Origin: Macrostomum hystrix
Lineage: Eukaryota > Animalia > Platyhelminthes
Direction of reading: 5' to 3'
Assembly: GCA_950097015.1 (NCBI GenBank)
Contig: CATNEN010000007.1
Span: 1,922,001-1,986,000, forward strand
DNA: 64,000 bases
A program made the position numbers and the translations under genes. Below, one piece after another: positions 59,601-64,000 of the stretch (the first letter of the stretch is position 1; each line of letters begins with the position of its first letter). The notes beneath the pieces are model-generated. The model saw nothing but the letters and a program-made list of their open reading frames with translations. It did no database searches and was not told the DNA's origin.

Positions 59601-62017
59601 CTCGCCCGACCAGCACATGGTGTTTGGTGAGCACAGTTGAACTCTATTGACAAAATATCAACAAGGATTGTCAAATCATTCGACATTCGATTTATCGCAG
59701 GTTCAACAAACCGACGCAACTTGGTGGTTTGGAAATTCTCTCAGAGCGGTTGCGTCACGACCTTCTTCACGGAGTCTCCGATTGATTGCCTAGCTTATAG
59801 TGAGCACAATTTGCTGTCCTGGTTTGGTGTACCTTTTACTAATGCGCTTTTAGTGCTCGAAAACAATTCTGACGTTGCTTGTTCAATCCTTTTTTAGCCA
59901 ACAAGGCGCCAATCCTGATCTTTTCTACTGACCAGATGGGCGAAATTGTCAAGTGGGAGAGAAAACAGACTAACGCATTCGCATTCAGGTATGTGCAAGT
60001 CTTCTAGCGCATAAAAGTACTCGCTTTGAAACTGTTTACTCGCACTTTTGTCATAGAAAGTTCGTGTTACTTATACAAGTTGGTTGGTTGAAAAAAAGTA
60101 TTGGGTAATTCACATTTTAGATATACAGTGGGGTGGTGAATGCGTGTGTACATTATGGATAGACAGTGGGGTGGTGGATGCTCGTGTACATTATGGATAG
60201 ACAGTGGGGTGGTGGATGCGTGTTTGTATATCGGATAGACAGTGGGGTGGTGGATGCGTGTTTGCATATGGATAGAAAGTGGGGTGTTGGTTAGAGTTTA
60301 TATTTAATTTTGTTTATAGTTTCACAATTAGCATCCATATGAGAAGCTCTCACAGCAGAGGACCGCTTTATAAGTTTACACTTTTTTATTTGATAATGTA
60401 TATAAAATTTTTAATTGAAACTAAAACAAAAACTTAAATTAAACTACGTATTCGAACGACTTATAAGCTTCTAAATAAGTTGTTTATATATATAGATATA
60501 TATATATATATGCTTGTATTTCACTGCCATAAAACTTTTTTCTGCGTGTTCCACTTCCAAATTTTATTCTATTTTATTTTAGCAAGCTATTCTTTGGTCA
60601 TTCAAAATTGATCATGAATACTCGACCAACGAAAGTCACAAGGTTTGCCTAAATGTAACTAAATCAATTAATTTCATAGAAATCATATCTGATGCTAATT
60701 TCCGTTTCATTTTCGATTTTCAATCTTTCTTTTTATTTCTTAATACTATAGCTTTAGTTAAAGGATTTGAAATTTAAGTCTGCTTGATTTTTGTTACATG
60801 ATTTTTTAAAACTCTGTGTGACACAATGGACTTCAAAATCAGTGATAAATATAATTTAAAACGTTTCGCAATGCACAAACAAAAAAATAAATTTAGAAAA
60901 ATGCACCACGACTATCTTTTATTTTTTAAATATATTTTTGTTAATCTGTACTCTGCTCTGGTTACCTGAAGGCACGCTGTGCTAGCACGACAGTCAAAGT
61001 TGGCTTGTCTCCGGGCCGAAAAATCTCGGTAACTTAACTGGTCATCTATAATAGACACCCACGACTAGCTCAAGCATTTTTATTAGAAACCTGAATTGTG
61101 TTCTTCAATTTTTCCACCCAATACTATTGTCTTGACTTTCCCATTTTTGTAAGTGATGTCAATTTACACTGCTGATTTTTTCTAGCTCAGAAATAGCTCG
61201 CGAATGGAACGACCGTTGCTATGCAGTTGTCGACGTAAAAATAGTACGATGTTTAAGCACATAAAGCTCTCAAAAAATTCTAATCAAATTGGTTTCTACG
61301 ATACTACTAACATTTATTTGATGAATATTTTCCTTGAGTGTGCAAAACTATCCTGTTGACAATCGGCACTATGTTTGTCTTGATTTGTAAACAAATATTC
61401 ACTTATTTAACTGCTGTTCAGGCCATGAATCTGGAAAAATATTCGTAGTTATAAACGCAATAGAACTTCAAAGAAGATTTCGAGCGTCCTACTATTAGTA
61501 GTTAAGTGAAGATCTTGCATTTTAGTGCACAGCCAACTGATGCAGGTACCAGTGCTCTCAAGGCGTGCGGCGGTAATTGCACGACAAGCCCCCAAGCCTT
61601 CCCTCCGCGGTTGCGCCCCAAATGAATGGGGCCTCGCCGCGGAATCGAACTTAGGGACCATGGTGCGACAGGCAAACGCGTTAACCGCTCTGCCACTCTC
61701 CCCCCTAACGTAAGGAGTAGGTAATTAAGTGTCCTGCTTAATTAGGACACCTATTGGTTCCCTTTCTCAGGCTCAGGCTGACTTGAAAAAGAAATCATTT
61801 ATTTCCTGTAATCCCCTTTTTACCGCTGTGAAAAACCTTCGACATTTTGAACTTTGAGCTAGCAGCGAAGTTGTTGAAATGAAAATGATCTGATTTTGCA
61901 ACTGATTTTTAAAAACTTCAGCAAGGAGTCGCTCAAAGCTGGCGAGTCGATGGAGAAGATGCTCAGGAAGAAGCTGGCTCACAGACGCATGGCCCAGCTG
62001 AAGAAAAGTCCGCAGCA
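44601..62017 (+). CDS. WD40-repeat protein; 3'-partial, continues right of the window
   Basis: Exons 44601-44703, 45151-45244, 45335-45419, 45530-45626, 58711-59049, 59426-59626, 59701-59799, 59898-59988, 61922-62017 chain in frame. WD motifs EDGTLKVWE, GHQGWVTSIVYW, GGFDQRLIIYD, SAFDKCVKVWT. Intron 4 (13 kb) contains the Helitron. Confidence 0.88.
47814..54918 (-). pseudogene. RepHel polyprotein (AT-hooks, OTU protease, Cys cluster, DUF6570-like, HUH Rep, PIF1 helicase) with one in-frame stop; first exon(s) not located
   Basis: Exons 54918..54098, 53712..48899, 48746..47814. OTU DGDGNCFF...EHY; Rep FFLTLSAAD, EYQSRGSPHVH, YLVKYASK; helicase GSAGTGKS, VDEFSMVG, GDLFQLPPV, L|VRQAGD, ITVHKSQGLTL, YTGLSRVR. 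TAA at 49510-49508 stays in frame with the helicase. Confidence 0.93.
58398..58433. promoter_or_regulatory. two perfect palindromic RFX X-boxes inside the Helitron 5' end
   Basis: GTTGCCATGGCAAC at 58398-58411 and 58420-58433. Confidence 0.55.
59078..59362. repeat. 16-bp minisatellite CATCTCTCCCGTGTCT, WD40 intron 5; same family as 13940-16436
   Basis: Direct reading. Confidence 0.97.
60124..60290. repeat. ~38-bp repeat, about 4 units, core GATAGACAGTGGGGTGGTGGATGC, WD40 intron 8
   Basis: Direct reading. Confidence 0.85.
61545..61705 (-). mobile_element. SINE family A 5' fragment with intact Pol III boxes
   Basis: Minus strand GGGGGAGAGTGGCAGAGCGG (A box), AAGTTCGATTCC (B box), then the shared body GCGGCGAGGCCCC...GGGGGCTTGTCGTGCAATT. 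Confidence 0.82.
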
Positions 62018-62129
62018 GTGAGTTTCTGAGAGATTCTGCCCATTCAGCTGACCCTGAGCCATCGAGCTCTGAATCTAGAAACTGGAGAGACAACTCCGCC
62101 AAACCCCCATTTTCCGGATCAGTGTAGCC

Positions 62130-64000
62130 TGATTAGAGGGACTGATTAGAGAGACTGATCAGTGAGACTGATTAGAGAGACTGATTAGAGAGACTGATTA
62201 GAGAGACTGGTTAGAGAGACTGATTAGAGAGACTGATTAGAGAGACTGGTTAGAGAGACTGATTAGAGAGACTGATTAGAGAGACTGGTTAGAGAGACTG
62301 ATTAGAGAGACTGATTAAAGAGACTGATTAGAGAGACTGATTAGAGAGACTGATTAGAGAGACTCATTAGAGAGACTCATTAGAGAGACTCATTAGAGAG
62401 ACTGATTAGAGAGACTGATTAGAGAGACTGATTAGAGAGACTCATTAGAGAGACTGATTAGAGAGACTGGTTAGAGAGACTGATTAGAGAGACTGGTTAG
62501 AGAGACTGATTAGAGAGACTGATTAGAGAGACTGATTAGAGAGACTGATTAGAGAGACTGATTAAAGAGACGGATTAGAGAGACTGATTAGAGAGACTGA
62601 TTAAAGAGACTGATTAGAAAGACTGATTAGAGAGACTGATTAGAGAGACTGATTAGAGAGACTGATTAGAGAGACTGATTAAAGAGACTGATTAGAGAGA
62701 CTGATTAGAGAGACTGATTAGAGAGACTGATTAGAGAGACTGATTAGAGAGACTGATTAGAGAGACTGATTAGAGAGACTGATTAGAGAGACTGATTAGA
62801 GAGACTGATTAAAGAGACTGATTAAAGAGACTGATTAAAGAGACTGATTAGAGAGACTGATTAGAGAGACTGATTAGAGAGACTGATTAAAGAGACTGAT
62901 TAAAGAGACTGATTAAAGAGACTGATTAGAGAGACTGATTAGAGAGACTGATTAGAGAGACTGATTAAAGAGACTGATTAAAGAGACTGATTAAAGAGAC
63001 TGATTAGAGAGACTGATTAGAGAGACTGATTAGAGAGACTGATTAGAGAGACTGATTAGAGAGACTGATTAGAGAGACTGATTAGAGAGACTGATTAGAG
63101 AGACTGATTAGAAAGACTGATTAGAGAGACTGATTAGAGAGACTGATTAGAGAGACTGATTAGAGAGACTGATTAGAGAGACTGATTAGAGAGACTGATT
63201 AGAGAGACTGGTTAGAGAGACTGATTAGAGAGACTGATTAAACAGACTGATTAGAGAGACTGATTAGAGAGACTGATTAGAGAGACTCATTAGAGAGACT
63301 CATTAGAGAGACTGATTAGAGAGACTGATTAGAGAGACTGGTTAGAGAGACTGATTAGAGAGACTGATTAAAGAGACTGATTAGAGAGACTGATTAGAGA
63401 GACTGATTAGAGAGACTCATTAGAGAGACTCATTAGAGAGACTCATTAGAGAGACTGATTAGAGAGACTGATTAGAGAGACTGATTAGAGAGACTCATTA
63501 GAGAGACTGATTAGAGAGACTGGTTAGAGAGACTGATTAGAGAGACTGGTTAGAGAGACTGATTAGAGAGACTGATTAGAGAGACTGATTAGAGAGACTG
63601 ATTAGAGAGACTGGTTAGAGAGACTGATTAGAGAGACTGAGTAGAGAGACTGGTTAGAGAGACTGATTAGAGAGACTGATTAAAGAGACTGATTAGAGAG
63701 ACTGATTAGAGAGACTGATTAGAGAGACTGATTAGAGAGACTCATTAGAGAGACTGGTTAGAGAGACTGATTAGAGAGACTGATTAGAGAGACTGATTAG
63801 AGAGACTCATTAGAGAGACTCATTAGAGAGACTGATTAGAGAGACTGATTAGAGAGACTGATTAGAGAGACTGATTAGAGAGACTGATTAGAGAGACTCA
63901 TTAGAGAGACTGATTGGAGAGACTGATTGGAGAGACTGATTAGAGAGACTGATTAGAGAGACTGATTAGAGAGACTGATTAGAGAGACTGATTAGAGAGA
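62130..64000. repeat. 13-bp minisatellite GAGAGACTGATTA, >140 units, WD40 intron 9, runs off the window
   Basis: Direct reading. Confidence 0.99.

Noticed and set aside
61640-61705. tRNA genes at A/B-box sites (also ~10690 and ~11520)
   Set aside because: No complete cloverleaf; the boxes are followed by a body shared between dispersed copies, so these are SINE heads.
61773-62102. 109-aa minus-strand ORF
   Set aside because: Antisense to WD40 exon 9 (61922-62017), which fits the splice phase on the plus strand.

Overview
Eukaryotic (metazoan invertebrate) genomic DNA with GT-AG spliced genes, standard code and introns filled with locus-specific minisatellites (about 20 kb, ~30% of the window). 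This style resembles a free-living flatworm such as Macrostomum (inference only). Five host genes assemble by hand with consistent splice phases: RBM33-like RRM protein (-, runs off the left edge), PDE9-like phosphodiesterase (-), tetraspanin (+), CFAP276/C1orf194 (-), and head-to-head with it a WD40 protein (+, runs off the right edge). Mobile DNA: piggyBac remnant, two tRNA-derived SINE families, LINE 3' fragment, hAT end, full-length but disrupted mariner, an intact Crypton-like tyrosine-recombinase element, and a complete 12.7-kb Helitron2/Helentron-type element (OTU protease + HUH Rep + PIF1, no AP endonuclease) in WD40 intron 4. Most notable: (1) the recombinase element, a 377-bp insert in the mariner and a ~200-bp element at 23.2 kb share a hairpin/ATTRTA/CCATAGAC end architecture, suggesting an autonomous/non-autonomous family; (2) GCGNAGC mini-hairpins sit at the ends of both the recombinase and rolling-circle elements; (3) the Helitron is flanked by AACTAG on both sides and carries two perfect RFX X-boxes; (4) two divergent, mutually homologous small YxDD ORFs lie in a PDE9 intron. 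All identifications are from motif recognition, with no database searches.
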